A stretch of 64,000 nt of DNA from an uncultured Planctomycetota bacterium (GTDB lineage: Bacteria; Planctomycetota; Planctomycetia; Isosphaerales; Isosphaeraceae): contig CAVTTN010000002.1 in the NCBI GenBank assembly GCA_963737655.1, forward strand, positions 4,864,001-4,928,000, in the 5' to 3' direction. The notes under the pieces are model-generated. The model was not told where the DNA came from and made no database searches. It saw nothing but the letters and a program-made list of their open reading frames with translations. Positions within the stretch are counted from its first letter, which is position 1. Each line of letters opens with the position of its first letter. Both the position numbers and the translations under genes were made by a program. Of this stretch, positions 50,028-61,371 are shown in pieces.

Positions 50028-50468
50028 TCAGGGGCCACGAGACAGGCGGACCGCCCAGTTGACCAAACCGAGGGCGACGAATCCGAGGACCAAGACCATC
50101 AGCGGGGCATCCGCCGAGCGGAACGGCCGGGGCGATCCCCGGGCCGAGGCCACGGCCAGCCACGCGGCCGCGAGCAGGCAGATCGGGGCGATCACGGCGC
50201 CGGCCGGGTTCGCCGACCACGCCCGATCGAGCCGGCCTCGCGAGGCCCAGGAGAACGCCGTGGTCATCCCGCACGACGGGCAGGGTTGGCCCGTCAACTC
50301 CCGGAACGTGCAGGGGCTCAGGCCGAGCTGCGAATGGGTCCCGAAGCCCCGGGGGTCGGGCTTCAGCGCCCGAGCCAGCCCCAGGACCACGACGATCGCG
50401 GCGGCCAGGGCCGCCAGCGCGAGCCTCGACCTCGGGCCGAGCCGCTCGACCTTCGGGGACATCGCCAT
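50028..50468 (-). CDS. DUF2752-domain membrane protein
   Basis: GTHSQLGLSPC.F..LTG.PCPSCGMTTAF. Confidence 0.85.
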   Translation of the reverse strand: MAMSPKVERLGPRSRLALAALAAAIVVVLGLARALKPDPRGFGTHSQLGLSPCTFRELTGQPCPSCGMTTAFSWASRGRLDRAWSANPAGAVIAPICLLAAAWLAVASARGSPRPFRSADAPLMVLVLGFVALGLVNWAVRLSRGP

Positions 50469-50685
50469 CCGCTCGCTCGGGGTGCGTCGGGGGCCAACCG
50501 GCCCCCGGTCCAGACATGCGACGCCACCATAGCCCGGATCGCCCGGCGAGGCAAGGGGAGTCGCGGAACCGAGCGGGGCCATTTCCTTGGACCGACCCAG
50601 CGGGCCACGCCGAGGAAACGGCCCTGTGGAATGGATCGGGGCCGCGTCCTCCTCGGCGACGCGCCCGGAGCGGCGCGGATCCGCC

Positions 50686-51702
50686 TCAGGAGAACTCGGC
50701 CAGGACCACCGTCACGTCGTCGGCCGGTCCGTCGCCCGGGGCGGCCATCGCCATCGCGGCCGAGACTCGTTGCTGGGGCGACCGGGCGTCCTTCGGGCCG
50801 ACGAGATCCACCAGGCCGGCGAGGCCGTGGCCGGCGTCTCCCCACCTCGTCGATTCGATGCCGTCGCTGAACACCAAAAGACGATCTCCCGGGAGAAGGG
50901 GGACGGTCTCTTGCCGGAATTCGGCCTCGTAGACGCCCAGGAGAGGCCCGCCTTCGCCCAGGGGGCGGGGCGGCCCGTCGCCTCGGAGGAGGAGGGCCGG
51001 CGGGTGGCCTCCGCAGCAATACGTGAGCGACGGGCCGGTCAGGTCGATCACCCCGTAGAACATCGTCACGAACGGGCTCTCGGCGAAGTCCGCCTCCATG
51101 AGGTCTCGACTCAGGCCGTCGAGCACCTCCGAGGGCTGGATGATCTCGTACGACGAGCCCTCGATCTTCTTCATCCTCAGCCCCTGCATGGCGAAGACCC
51201 CGAGCAGCGCCGCGGCCGGGCCGTGGCCCATGACGTCGCCCAGGCAGATGGCGAGGTGGTCGCGGTCGAGCCGGGTGATGTTGTAGAAGTCCCCGGCGAG
51301 GTGGAGGCTCGGCCGGAGCGAGGCGCCGAAGGCCACGTTGGGGAGGTCCGGCAGGGTCCGGGGGAGCATGCTCCTCTGGACCCTCTCGGCCAGGCGGAGC
51401 TCGCGGACCAGGACGTCATGCCGCTCGCGGAGGGACCGGGCGGACCTCGGGCGCTTCGGGGCGGCCAGGGACTTGCCCTGGGCCGTCGCGGCGTTGCCGG
51501 GGGCGGAGAACCGCCGACGGACGCCCGGGAACCTCCGGGAGATCGGCTCGGCGACGATCCGAGGGGCCATCGGCCGGGACGGCGGGTCGATCCGGGCCGC
51601 GAGTCTCGCGGGGGGGAGCCAGGCGGCCGACGACGCGGCCAGCCGGGTGAGGGTCTCGATCATCGGGGCGAAGTCCTGGGCGGTGACTCGCGATATCTCC
51701 AC
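50686..51702 (-). CDS. PP2C/SpoIIE-type serine phosphatase
   Basis: AERVQRSMLP, AGDFY, GDVMGHG, FSDGI, DDVTV; start codon uncertain. Confidence 0.88.
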   Translation of the reverse strand: MEISRVTAQDFAPMIETLTRLAASSAAWLPPARLAARIDPPSRPMAPRIVAEPISRRFPGVRRRFSAPGNAATAQGKSLAAPKRPRSARSLRERHDVLVRELRLAERVQRSMLPRTLPDLPNVAFGASLRPSLHLAGDFYNITRLDRDHLAICLGDVMGHGPAAALLGVFAMQGLRMKKIEGSSYEIIQPSEVLDGLSRDLMEADFAESPFVTMFYGVIDLTGPSLTYCCGGHPPALLLRGDGPPRPLGEGGPLLGVYEAEFRQETVPLLPGDRLLVFSDGIESTRWGDAGHGLAGLVDLVGPKDARSPQQRVSAAMAMAAPGDGPADDVTVVLAEFS

Positions 51703-51734
51703 GAGTCACCGTAGGTCACGCCCGACCCGCGGGC

Positions 51735-52918
51735 TCAGGTCGCCGAGGCCGATTCCCCCGCCGCCACGGCCCGGGCCCGGTGTTTCGGGGCCCGGAGGAC
51801 CAGGCGGACGGCCTCCGGCGGGCAGTGCCACCGCAACGGATGCTTCCCGGCCACGCCCTGGCTCACATGAAGGAGCGTCGGGCCTCGGCGGAAGAAACCC
51901 CGGTCGAACCGCCGGCTGTAGCGGCTGGGCATCAGGATCGCGCCCAGGACCGGCAGGCGGACCTGCCCCCCGTGGACGTGCCCGGCCAGCATCAGGTCGA
52001 TCCCCCACGACGCCGCCCGGTAGACCTCGTCGGGGGCGTGGCTCAGCAGGATGCGGAGGTCGGCCTCGGGCATCTGGCGGGGGTCGGGCTCGCGGCCCCA
52101 CGGGGCCACCGTCCCCCCGATCGCCAGGGAGCACCCGTCGGCCTCCACCTTCCGCCATTCCGCCTCCAGGACGTCGAATCCGGCCTCGTCCAGCGCGGCG
52201 AGGATCGGCCCGAGCGGGTGGCGGTAGTCGTGATTGCCGAGGATCGCGAACTGGCCGAGCCGCCCCCGGAGCTTCGAGAGGCTCGGCACGAGCCATCCGG
52301 CCACGTCGTCGTCATCGACGAAGTCCCCGGTGATCGCCACGAGGTCCGGCTCCGGGCCGTCGGCGAGGATCTCGGCGATCCGATCGAAATATCGTGCCGT
52401 GAACGCGTGAGAAAGATGGAGGTCCGAGACGTGGAGGATCGACAGGCCGTCCAGGGACTCCGGGAGCCCGGGGACCTCCACGTCCCACTCGTCCATCTTC
52501 AGGCGGAAGGCTTCATTGAACGGGAGGCGGAGGACCCAGGAGTTCCATCGAGGCCCGATCATCGGCGCGACGGCGGGCCCCGGGCGATCTCCTCGACCCG
52601 GGAGCCGACGGCCCGGCAGCCCGCCGGCAAGGGCCGCAGGAGGCGGGCCAGGGTCACCGCCGGCAGGCCGATCCCCAGCGTCCCCAGGCAGACGGCCCCG
52701 TAGGCCAGGATCGGCAGGGGCCAGCTCGGCACCGGCCGATTCCAGAGGAGGAACACCAGGGCGAACGTGGACAGGCCCAGCGCGGCGAGGGTCGCCAGGA
52801 CGACGTCGTCCATCCACTTCGCGTTGAAACCCAGGCCGTGGGCCGTGTTCAAGGCGAGGATCAGGAGGAGGACGTGCCCCGCCGCGAAGGCGAGGAGGAG
52901 GATCTGGTCGCCCGTCAT
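51735..52918 (-). CDS. Membrane metallophosphoesterase (frameshift near 52578)
   Basis: N-terminal TMs; SDLH, TGDFVD, LGNHD, LSHAPD, AGHVHGGQ. Confidence 0.85.
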
Positions 52919-52946
52919 GCGGGGGAACCTCTTGGCGGGGGAGGGG

Positions 52947-54679
52947 TCAGTCGGTGGACGAGGCCACCACGGAAGGAGAGGGCGAGGGGGCCGCCTCGCC
53001 GGACTGGGGCCGGAGCGCCTGCTCGACGGCTTCCATCAGGCGGTCGGCCCGGAATGGCTTGTACAGGACGGTCTGGAGCCCTTCCTGGCGGGCCTTGACG
53101 ATCGAATGGGTGGGGTCGTAGCCGAAGCCCGTCATGAGGATGATCGGCACGCCGGGCTGGACCTCTCTGAGGCGGCGGAACACCTCGTAGCCGTCCAGGT
53201 CGGGCAGGCGGATATCGACCATCACGGCCGAATAGGGCGACTGCCGGGCCAGGGCGATGGCCTCGTGGCCGTCCCGGGCCGTCTCGACCGTCGCCCCTTG
53301 CCGTCCCAGCAAGTTGTGGGCCGCCTTGCGGACCGATTCCTCGGCATCGACGACCAGGAGCCTCGCCCCGCCCAGCCGGGCCGCCGGCTTGGACCCGTCC
53401 CGCCTCGGTTCCGGGACGATCGTCGAGCCGACCTTCTGGATCAGGCTGCGGATCTCCCGGGCCCGGAACAGCAGGTGCTTCAGGCGGTTGATGACCTCGT
53501 CGTCGTGGCCGGCGTAGCGGTCCAGGACGGTCGTGGCGTCGCTGAGGATGTCGTCCAGCGGCAGCGCCAGCTCCCGGCTGATCGCCTCGACCGACGCCGA
53601 GGCGGTGCTGAGCTTCTCGGCCTGGAGCAATTCCAGCGTGTTCAGGGCCGAAGCGACGCTCCTGGCGTAGATCTCCAGGAACTGGCGGTCGCGCTCATCG
53701 AAGGCGTTGGGGCTGGCGTTCTCGACGTTCAGGGTGCCGATGACCGTCCCGTGATAGAGCAGCGGGACGGTCAGCGAGGACCTCGCCCCGGCCGCCCCTT
53801 CGAGGTAGAGCGGGTCGTTCGCCGTGTCGGGGCAGAGGTAGCTCTGGCCTGTCGCCGCCACGAACCCGGTCACGCCGTTGCCCTCCTTCCGCGAGAATAG
53901 CTCACGCTTGGCCGCCAGGGGGGTCATCCCCTCGGTCAGCAGGGGGACCAGCCGGCCGGTCGGGCGGTCCAGCAGGCGGATCTCGATGAAGTCCAGCCCG
54001 AGCAGGTCCTTCATGTGGCGGGCGATGTTGTACTTGAGCAGGTCGGTCCTCTCCTCCACGCCGAGCTCCGAGAGCTCGTCGGGGGTGAGGTCCGCGAGCT
54101 CCTCGCCGGCCTTGTGGATGGCGTTGATCTTCTGCTCTTGCTGGAACTCGGCGGTGACGTCGCGGGTCAGGGCGATCAGGTGCGAGGGCTGGCCCGAGGG
54201 GTCCAGGACCGGCGTGACCATCACCTTCAGGTAGCAATGCGCCCCGACCCGAAGCAGGGTCGAGGCCGGGCCCTTCGACGCGATGGCCGAGGTGAACGGG
54301 CAGGGATCGGGCCGAGGACTTCCGGCGAGCCCAGGGCCGAGTAGAACCGCGCCTCCGCCGAATCGAGCTTCGCATCGGTCAGCTTCTGGAACTCCGGGTT
54401 CGCCCAGAGGATCTTGAGGTCCGGGTCGAGCACCGCCACGCCGTCGGCGATCGCGTCGAGGATCTCGTCGGCCTGGATCAGCACCGACGCCCAGCGGACG
54501 GCCGAGAGCTGCGCCGAATCGACGAAGACTCCGACGAACTGCTGCTGGCGAAGCAAGACGATCGCCCGGGCGATCGACCGGGCGACGACGACGTCGAACC
54601 GGTCCGCCAGGTCGTCGCGGGCCGAGGGTCCGGGCCGGCTCTCGCGCTCAATCACGAGGAGTCGGGGCTTCTCCGCCAC
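52947..54679 (-). CDS. PAS/GAF-containing response regulator (frameshift near 54310)
   Basis: PAS-like ILDAIADGV..WANPEF; GAF GVTGFVA..VPLL..IGTLNVE; C-terminal receiver DIRLPD..MTGFG..YKPF. Confidence 0.8.
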
Positions 54680-54949
54680 GCCAGAAAGACTCCTCGGGAC
54701 GAGCCGCCCGATCGGCCGGGGCCGTCGTTTGAACGGTCGATGCATCCTATCGCGACCAAGGCCCCCGACGCAAGCGAACGGCCGAAAGCCCCAGGGCCGT
54801 TTCTCCCCCGGTGGAAGAGTCTTCCGAAGGGTTTTGTGCGGAACGGGTTCCGGCCAAACACTCTTCGAGAGGCAAACGGCCCTCGCGGAGGGCCCAGGGC
54901 CGAGCCGTTCTTCAACCCGATGCCGAGCTTGTACTCTTCCCCGATCCGG

Positions 54950-55093
54950 GGGAGGGCGCGGCAGATCCTCGAGAGCGGTTCTCGGTCGGATGGCGCCCCC
55001 GGAGGGCCGGCCTCGGCCTGCCGAGACCCGCGAAGCCGGCAGGCCGAGGGCTGCTCGACGAGACCCGTCGTGCGCAATCCGAGCGTGAACTGC
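54950..55093 (+). repeat. Degenerate copy of the ~150-bp element at about 1480-1615
   Basis: Shared CGGTTC.CGGTC.GAT.GCGCCCCCG, GGCCTGCCGAGACCCGCG..G.CGGCAGGCC, GACCC.TCGTGCGCAATCCG. Confidence 0.75.
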
Positions 55094-55323
55094 TCTAATC
55101 AGAACGACCGAACGGCCGTCCCCAAAGCTGCCGGGCCTTCGAAACTCCGCCGCGCCTTTCCGACTCGCCGGGCCATCCCATCCGACAAAAACCTCGAAAC
55201 CCAAATAAACGACCCAAACTGCCAGCATGGGTACGTCACTTGCTAGGTCCGTGCGACGCCCGAGGTTGCGACGCCTCTGTGAAAGAGGCGCCCTCCGCCC
55301 GCCTTCGGCGCCTCACCCCGGAG

Positions 55324-56067
55324 ATGCCCGCGATGACGCCCGAGAACGGCTCGAATCCCGCCCCTGCGCCGCAGACGCCCCCCGGACCGTCCCGGAGGTC
55401 GTTCCTCACCACGGCGGCCAGGGCCTCGGCGCTCGCCGCGCCGGCCGTGGCGCTGGCCGCCTCGCCCGCCCTGGGTGGCAGCAAGCCCAAGAGGGGCGCC
55501 AGCCCGGCCGCCACCACCTCGACCCTGGGCACGCCGTTGCCCCAGTTGTACGGGGGACAGAACAAGTCGCTGTTCCAGGAGATCCAGTCCGACGAGAACT
55601 TCCACGTCCAGTACTTCCTGGAGATCCTCGGCTCCAACGCCCGGCCCAAGCCGACCTTCCAGAACCTCACGGCCTCCACCTACCAGCAGTTCCTGATGAT
55701 GTCGGCGGCCTTCGAGAACACCGGCGCCGGCGCCTATCAGGGGGCGGCCCCCTACATCTTCAGCCCGGTCCGCCTGGAGGCGATCGCCCGGGTCGCCTTC
55801 GTCGAGGCGTACCACTCGGGCTTCCTCAACGCCCTGTCCAACGACTCGCTGATCCCGGGCTTCACCAACCTGACCACCCCGCTGACGATCGACCAGGTCG
55901 TCATGGCCGTCTCGCCCTACATCGCCAGCCTCAACGGCGGTCCGCCCGCCACCTTCAGCACCACCCCTTCGGACGACAACGACACCGCCATCTTCAACTT
56001 CGCCCTGATCGCCGAATACCTCGAGCAGGAATTCTATAACACCAACGTGCCCAAGTTCTTCCCTTGA
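55324..56067 (+). CDS. Tat-exported ferritin-like (Ferritin_2-type) protein, circularly permuted
   Basis: SRRSFL; DENFH, FENTG.GAY.GAA, VEAYH, and C-terminal IFNFALIAEYLEQEFY. Confidence 0.8.
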   Translation: MPAMTPENGSNPAPAPQTPPGPSRRSFLTTAARASALAAPAVALAASPALGGSKPKRGASPAATTSTLGTPLPQLYGGQNKSLFQEIQSDENFHVQYFLEILGSNARPKPTFQNLTASTYQQFLMMSAAFENTGAGAYQGAAPYIFSPVRLEAIARVAFVEAYHSGFLNALSNDSLIPGFTNLTTPLTIDQVVMAVSPYIASLNGGPPATFSTTPSDDNDTAIFNFALIAEYLEQEFYNTNVPKFFP

Positions 56068-56167
56068 GTTCCCCCTCCGACCGGGCCGGCCAGCCCTCGA
56101 CCTTGACAGGCGGGGCTGGCCGGTCCTAGATTGGGCGACGCACCGGCCCTTTCTCGGAGGCGACCCC

Positions 56168-56748
56168 GTGGCGACGACCGATCGGTTCTCCGCGCCGGAG
56201 GGGTCTTGCTCGTCATCGACATGCAGGATCGACTCCTCGGCGCCATCGCCGGCCGGGAGTCCGTCCTCGCCCGCTGCGCCCGCCTGGCCCGGGGGGCGAA
56301 GGCCCTGGGCTTGCCGATCTGGGGGACCGAGCAGAACCCCTCGCGACTCGGCCCCACCTCCCCGCAACTCGCCGAATTCCTCCCCGAACCGGCCGGCAAG
56401 ATGGCCTTTCGAGCGACCGATTGCCTCCCCATGAGCGAGCGGCTGTTCGCCACCGGGCCGAGCCACCTGACGATCTGCGGGATCGAGACCCACGTTTGCG
56501 TGAGCCAGACCGTCCTGGACCTCCTCGGCCGGGGGTTCCGCGTCCAGGTCGCCGCCGACGCCGTCGCCAGCCGCTCGTCGCTCGATCACGACGTGGCCCT
56601 CCGGCGGATGGAGCGCGCGGGCGCCGTGGTCACCACGACCGAGGCCGTCCTGTTCGAGTGGGTCGAGACGGCCGACCATCCCGCCTTCAAGGCGATCAGC
56701 GCCCTCGTGAAAGAAGCCGGACCGCCCCGAGCCGAACCCCAGGGATAG
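56168..56748 (+). CDS. Isochorismatase-family hydrolase (frameshift near 56200)
   Basis: GGAGG RBS and GTG at 56168; LLVIDMQ, TEQNP..LG.T, GIETHVCV.QT. Confidence 0.85.
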
Positions 56749-56754
56749 GATAGG

Positions 56755-57966
56755 ATGGACGCCGTGACGACGCCCCGACCCGCTCCTCTCGACCCGCCCT
56801 CTCGCGTCCTCCTCGGCCCCGGACCGAGCGAGTGCCACCCTCGCGTCCTCCAGGCCCTGAGCATGCCCCTGCTCGGCCACCTCGACCCGGCGTTCGTCGC
56901 CCTGATGGACGAGACCCAGAACCTCCTCCGCGACGTCTACCGCACCAAGAACCGCCTGACCATGGCCGTCTCCGGCACCGGCTCGGCCGGGATGGAGGCC
57001 GTGGTCGTCAACCTGATCGAGCCCGGCGACAAGATGCTCGTCTGCGTCAACGGCGTCTTCGGGGGCCGGATGGTGGACGTCGCCCAGCGCGCCGGGGCCG
57101 AGGTCACCGCGATCGAACGCCCCTACGGCGAGGTCTTCGACCCGCAAGAGGTCCGCGACGCCGTCAAGAAGGTCGGCCCCAAGGTCGTCGGCATCGTCCA
57201 CGCCGAGACCTCCACCGGCGCCTGGCAGCCGATCGACGAGATCGCCAGGATCGCCCACGAATCCGGGGCGATGATCGCCATCGACACCGTGACCAGCCTC
57301 GGCGGAGTCCCCGTCGAGATCGACGCCTGGGGGATCGACGCGGTCTATTCCGGCACCCAGAAATGCCTGAGCTGCCCGCCCGGCCTCTCGCCCGTCTCCT
57401 TCAGCGACCGCGCCGTCGAGGCGATCCACAGCCGCAGGACCAAGATCCAGAGCTGGTATCTGGACATGACCATGATTAGCCGGTACTGGGGTTCCGATCG
57501 GTTCTACCACCACACCGCGCCGATCAGCATGAATTACGCGCTCCGAGAGGCCCTGGCGCTGGTCGTCGAGGAGGGGCTGGAGGCCCGCCACGCCCGGCAC
57601 CTCCGCAATCACCGGGCGTTGAAGGCCGGGCTGTCGGCGATGGGCATCTCCTACTTCACGGCCGAAGGCCACCAACTGCCGCAGCTCAACTGCATCCGAA
57701 TCCCCGACGGCGTGGACGATGCCGAGGTCCGCCGGAGGCTCCTGAACGAGTGGGGCATCGAGATCGGCGGAGGGCTCGGCCCGGTCAAGGGCAAGGCCTG
57801 GAGGATCGGCCTGATGGGCCATTCGTCGCGACAGGCGTATGTCACCCTGGTCCTCGCGGCCCTCGAAACCTGCCTGAGGGACGCCGGAGTCCCCATCGAA
57901 CCCGGGGCGGCCCTGGCGGCGGCCTCGGAGGCTTATGGACACGCCTCGATGGCTCCGGTGGGCTGA
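56755..57966 (+). CDS. Alanine-glyoxylate / serine-pyruvate aminotransferase (class V)
   Basis: [34 protein letters not shown]. Confidence 0.92.
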   Translation: MDAVTTPRPAPLDPPSRVLLGPGPSECHPRVLQALSMPLLGHLDPAFVALMDETQNLLRDVYRTKNRLTMAVSGTGSAGMEAVVVNLIEPGDKMLVCVNGVFGGRMVDVAQRAGAEVTAIERPYGEVFDPQEVRDAVKKVGPKVVGIVHAETSTGAWQPIDEIARIAHESGAMIAIDTVTSLGGVPVEIDAWGIDAVYSGTQKCLSCPPGLSPVSFSDRAVEAIHSRRTKIQSWYLDMTMISRYWGSDRFYHHTAPISMNYALREALALVVEEGLEARHARHLRNHRALKAGLSAMGISYFTAEGHQLPQLNCIRIPDGVDDAEVRRRLLNEWGIEIGGGLGPVKGKAWRIGLMGHSSRQAYVTLVLAALETCLRDAGVPIEPGAALAAASEAYGHASMAPVG

Positions 57967-57990
57967 GGCTCGCAGATCCGCCGTCCCGTC

Positions 57991-58026
57991 GGGTGGCATG
58001 CTTACGAAGACATAAGCATGCCACCC
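57991..58026. repeat. Palindromic repeat, GGGTGGCATGCTTACG family
   Basis: GGGTGGCATGCTTA...TAAGCATGCCACCC; may also act as a terminator hairpin. Confidence 0.8.
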
Positions 58027-58174
58027 AATTCGCGATCATGGACCGACCGATCGACCCGGCCGGGTCGGGGTCATGGGACGACAAAACAGGACGAGTAGCT
58101 TGCGTCGAGTTTGACGTTGAGGCCATACAACGTTTCACATGATCGCGCAATCAAGCATAGGAAGCATCAAAGGT

Positions 58175-58280
58175 TCGCAATCGAGCCTCGCCGGGAAGTT
58201 GACTACAGATTTCGCCGGAAAAACGCGAAAAGGGCGGAAATCAGGCCGGATTCGCGTGCGCAACGACTCGTGCGCGAGCA
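58175..58280 (+). repeat. Dispersed non-coding repeat, copy B
   Basis: Colinear with 29305-29410. Confidence 0.7.
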
Positions 58281-58699
58281 AATCCTCTCGCGCTTGCAAT
58301 TTTAGATTGCAAAGCCACAAACCTCGTCCTCCTCGTGAGATGCGGCGGATCGATTTTTGGCCCGATCGGCCCCGATCGCGTGCCAAGTCGCGCGCACTCC
58401 GGGCGGCCGGGAATCATCCAAGACCCCGCAAACGATCGCGTGATGATGTTAGGAATTCGCCGGCGAATAATGCGAGGGCGACGGATTGGGTGATCGTCGA
58501 TGGCCCCGGTCGCGATGATCCGAAGGGGCGTTGAGCGTGGCGGGGCCGCCGTCGAGGCGGGCCCTCGCTCGAACCCGGCCAGTTCCTCAATCCGAATCTT
58601 TTCGGAGAAGTCTCTTGATCCCCCGCGATCGGCCGATTACACTTCGGTGAATGGGGAGATTCCCCGCTTCAGACACCCTAGAGCAGTGGGGGCGGAGCC

Positions 58700-60339
58700 G
58701 TGCGCGAGTTCGACAAGCCGATCGGTCGGGCGTGGCGACGGATGCGGTTCCAGCGGTTCCTCTCGGCGCTGGTCTGGTGCCTGGGGGCGGGGCTGCTGGC
58801 GGTCGCCGGGACGATCGCCGCGGAGAAGATCACCGGGCGGGACCTCCCGGGCGCGTCCTGGATCCCGTTCGTCGTGGCCGGGAACATCGGCGCGATCGTC
58901 GCGGGGCTGATCGCCCTGTTCACCGGGCCGAGCCGGGTCGATGCGGCCGTGGCGATCGACCGCCTGTTCGGCCTGAATGATCGCCTGGCCACCACGTTGA
59001 CCCTGCCCGAGGCGCTCCGCGACACGCCGGCCGGCCGGGCCCTGATCGCCGACACGCTCCGCCACGTCGGTTCCCTGGAAATCCCCGAGAAATTCGGGCT
59101 GAAGGCGCCGCGCCTGGCGTGGATCCCGCTGCTGCCGGCCGCCCTGGCGCTGGGCCTGATGTTCATCCCCGAATGGGCGACGACCCAGGCCCGGGCCCGG
59201 AGCAAGGAAGAGGTCGCCCAGGACAAGGAGCTGGTCAAGGCCCAGTCCAAGGCCCTGAGCAAGTCCTCGGCCGAGAAGCGCAAGGAGGCCGAGAAGAAGG
59301 AATTCTCCGCCGAGACCCTCAAGGTCCTCGCCGAGATCGAGAAGGCCGCCGACAAGCTCTCCAAGAGCCCCCGGCCGAGAAGGACAAGGCGATGGTCGAG
59401 CTCAACAAGCTCACCGACAAGGCCCAGGAGCAGCGCAAGAGCCTCGGCTCCGCCGAGCAGATCGCCAAGCAGCTCCAGCAGATGAAGGAATTCGCCACCA
59501 ACGGCCCGGCCGACGAGTTCTCCAAGGACCTGGCCAAGGGGGACTTCCAGAAGGCCGCCCAGCAGGTCAAGCAGCTCGCCGAGAAGCTCCAGAATAACAA
59601 GCTCTCCGAGGCCGAGAAGAAGGAGCTCAAGCAGCAGCTCAACCAGATGAAAGAGCAGCTGAACAAGCTCGCGAACATGGACCAGAGGAAGAAGCAGCTC
59701 GAAGAGGCCCTGAGCAAGGGCGCGATCACGAAAGAGCAGTTCGACAAGCAGATGGACAAGCTCGCCCAGCAGTCCAAGGACCTCCAGAAGCTCGGCCAGA
59801 TGGCCCAGCAGATGGAGAAGGCCGCCGAGGCGATGGCCAAGGGGGACATGAAGAAGGCCGCCGAGGCGATGGGCACGACCCAGGAGCAGCTCGAGCAGAT
59901 GGCCAAGCAGATGGAAGAGCTCGAATCGATCGACCAGGCCCTCGCCGACCTCCAGGACGCCAAGAACGGCATGGCCAACGACGGGATGAACCAGCTCGGC
60001 CAGGGCCTCGACGGGATGAACCGGCTGGGCCAGGGGAACCGTCCCGGCAACGGCAACGGCCTGGGACGAGGCCGAGGCCAGGGAGACCGCCCCGAGGCCG
60101 AGGACAAGACGGCCGCCTACAACACCAAGACCAAGGCCCAGATGAACAAGGGCAAGGCGGTCATCGAGGGGCCCGCCCAGGCCGGCAAGCAGATGAAGGG
60201 CGAGACCTTCCTGATCGACCAGGCGACCATCGAGACCTCCGCCGGGGAGCAGTCCGAGGCCCTCTCGAACCAGAAAATCCCCAACTCGGTCAAGAAGCAC
60301 GTCCTCAAGTATTTTGACGAGATCCGCAAGGGGCAGTGA
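58700..60339 (+). CDS. Membrane-anchored coiled-coil protein (frameshift near 59370)
   Basis: TM segments, LNDRLATTL, long Q/K/E/M-rich heptads, C-terminal IP..VK..V.KYF. Confidence 0.75.
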
Positions 60340-60364
60340 GCGGGCCTCGAACACGCTTCCGCGA

Positions 60365-60450
60365 GGCATGCCCACGGCTTCTTGGGCATGGCTTCCCTGG
60401 AGAGATCGACAGGCCGAAGCCATGCCCACGAAGCCGTGGGCATGCCACCC
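60365..60450. repeat. Palindromic repeat pair, GGCATGCCCACG family
   Basis: CATGCCCACGGCTTCTTGGGCATG ... CATGCCCACGAAGCCGTGGGCATGCCACCC between convergent genes. Confidence 0.75.
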
Positions 60451-60471
60451 AGGAGGGGTCCGGAAGGCCGC

Positions 60472-61371
60472 TCACCAATCCCCCGGCCCTCGGCTCCTGG
60501 GCTTGGGGATGTCGGTGACGAGCCGGCCTCCCTTGAAGACCGAGATCGTCCCGGTGGATTGCGAGACGCTCAGAGCGATGGCCTCGGTGATCGCCGTGAT
60601 CGCCGCGGCGGCCTCGTGACGGGCCCCGAGCCCTTGCGGCAAGGTCTCCTTCGGCTCTCCTCCGGCGTTCAGGTAGCGGCCGGCGCTGAGCAGGACGCCG
60701 TCGCCCCGGATCAGGAACGCGCCGTCGATCGCCGAGAATTCCTTGATGGTCTCCTCCATCCTCGGGTCGAGCACGTTCCGTTCGGTCTCGTCGTAGCCGA
60801 AGAACGGGTTGATGACCAGTTGGCGGCTCTGGGCCATCACGCGGTCGCTGTCGCCGAGGATGAAGATCGTCCCGACCGGCCGCCCCTCGCGGCCTTCCAG
60901 GCCGAGCTCGCTGGCCAGGGTGAGCATCCGTTCGAAGACCGCGGGCGCGACGTCCGAGGGGAGGACCTCGGCGGCCGACCCGGCGAACATCTCGACCTCG
61001 CGGCCCAGGTCCAGGACGAACACGGTGTCGATCGTCCCGGAGCCGTCCAGGCCGGTCAGGCAGAGGACGCGATCGCCGCTGCGGAGCAGTCCCTCCGCCC
61101 CGGCGACCAGGACGGCCAGCTTGACCTGGCCGGCTCGGGTCATCGGGATGTTCGGGACGCGAACCACCGCGCAGAGATCGGCCCAGCCCTCGGGGGCCCG
61201 GAAGTGGGAGCGTCGCGAGATCAGGATCACCCGGAAATCGACGTCCTGGATCAGGTCGGCGAGGTCCGCGTCTTCCTCGACCACATCGGCATAGAGCAGG
61301 ACGACCCGGGCCCCGACCTCCCGGGCGATCGCATGGCCGTGACGGACCAGGCTCCTCGTCAGCAGCTTCAC
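60472..61371 (-). CDS. DisA_N/DAC-domain protein (DacZ-like diadenylate cyclase)
   Basis: EGREGRPVGTIF, EFSAIDGAF, GLGARHEAAAAIT, VSQSTG; GTG start overlaps the upstream stop. Confidence 0.82.
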   Translation of the reverse strand: MKLLTRSLVRHGHAIAREVGARVVLLYADVVEEDADLADLIQDVDFRVILISRRSHFRAPEGWADLCAVVRVPNIPMTRAGQVKLAVLVAGAEGLLRSGDRVLCLTGLDGSGTIDTVFVLDLGREVEMFAGSAAEVLPSDVAPAVFERMLTLASELGLEGREGRPVGTIFILGDSDRVMAQSRQLVINPFFGYDETERNVLDPRMEETIKEFSAIDGAFLIRGDGVLLSAGRYLNAGGEPKETLPQGLGARHEAAAAITAITEAIALSVSQSTGTISVFKGGRLVTDIPKPRSRGPGDW

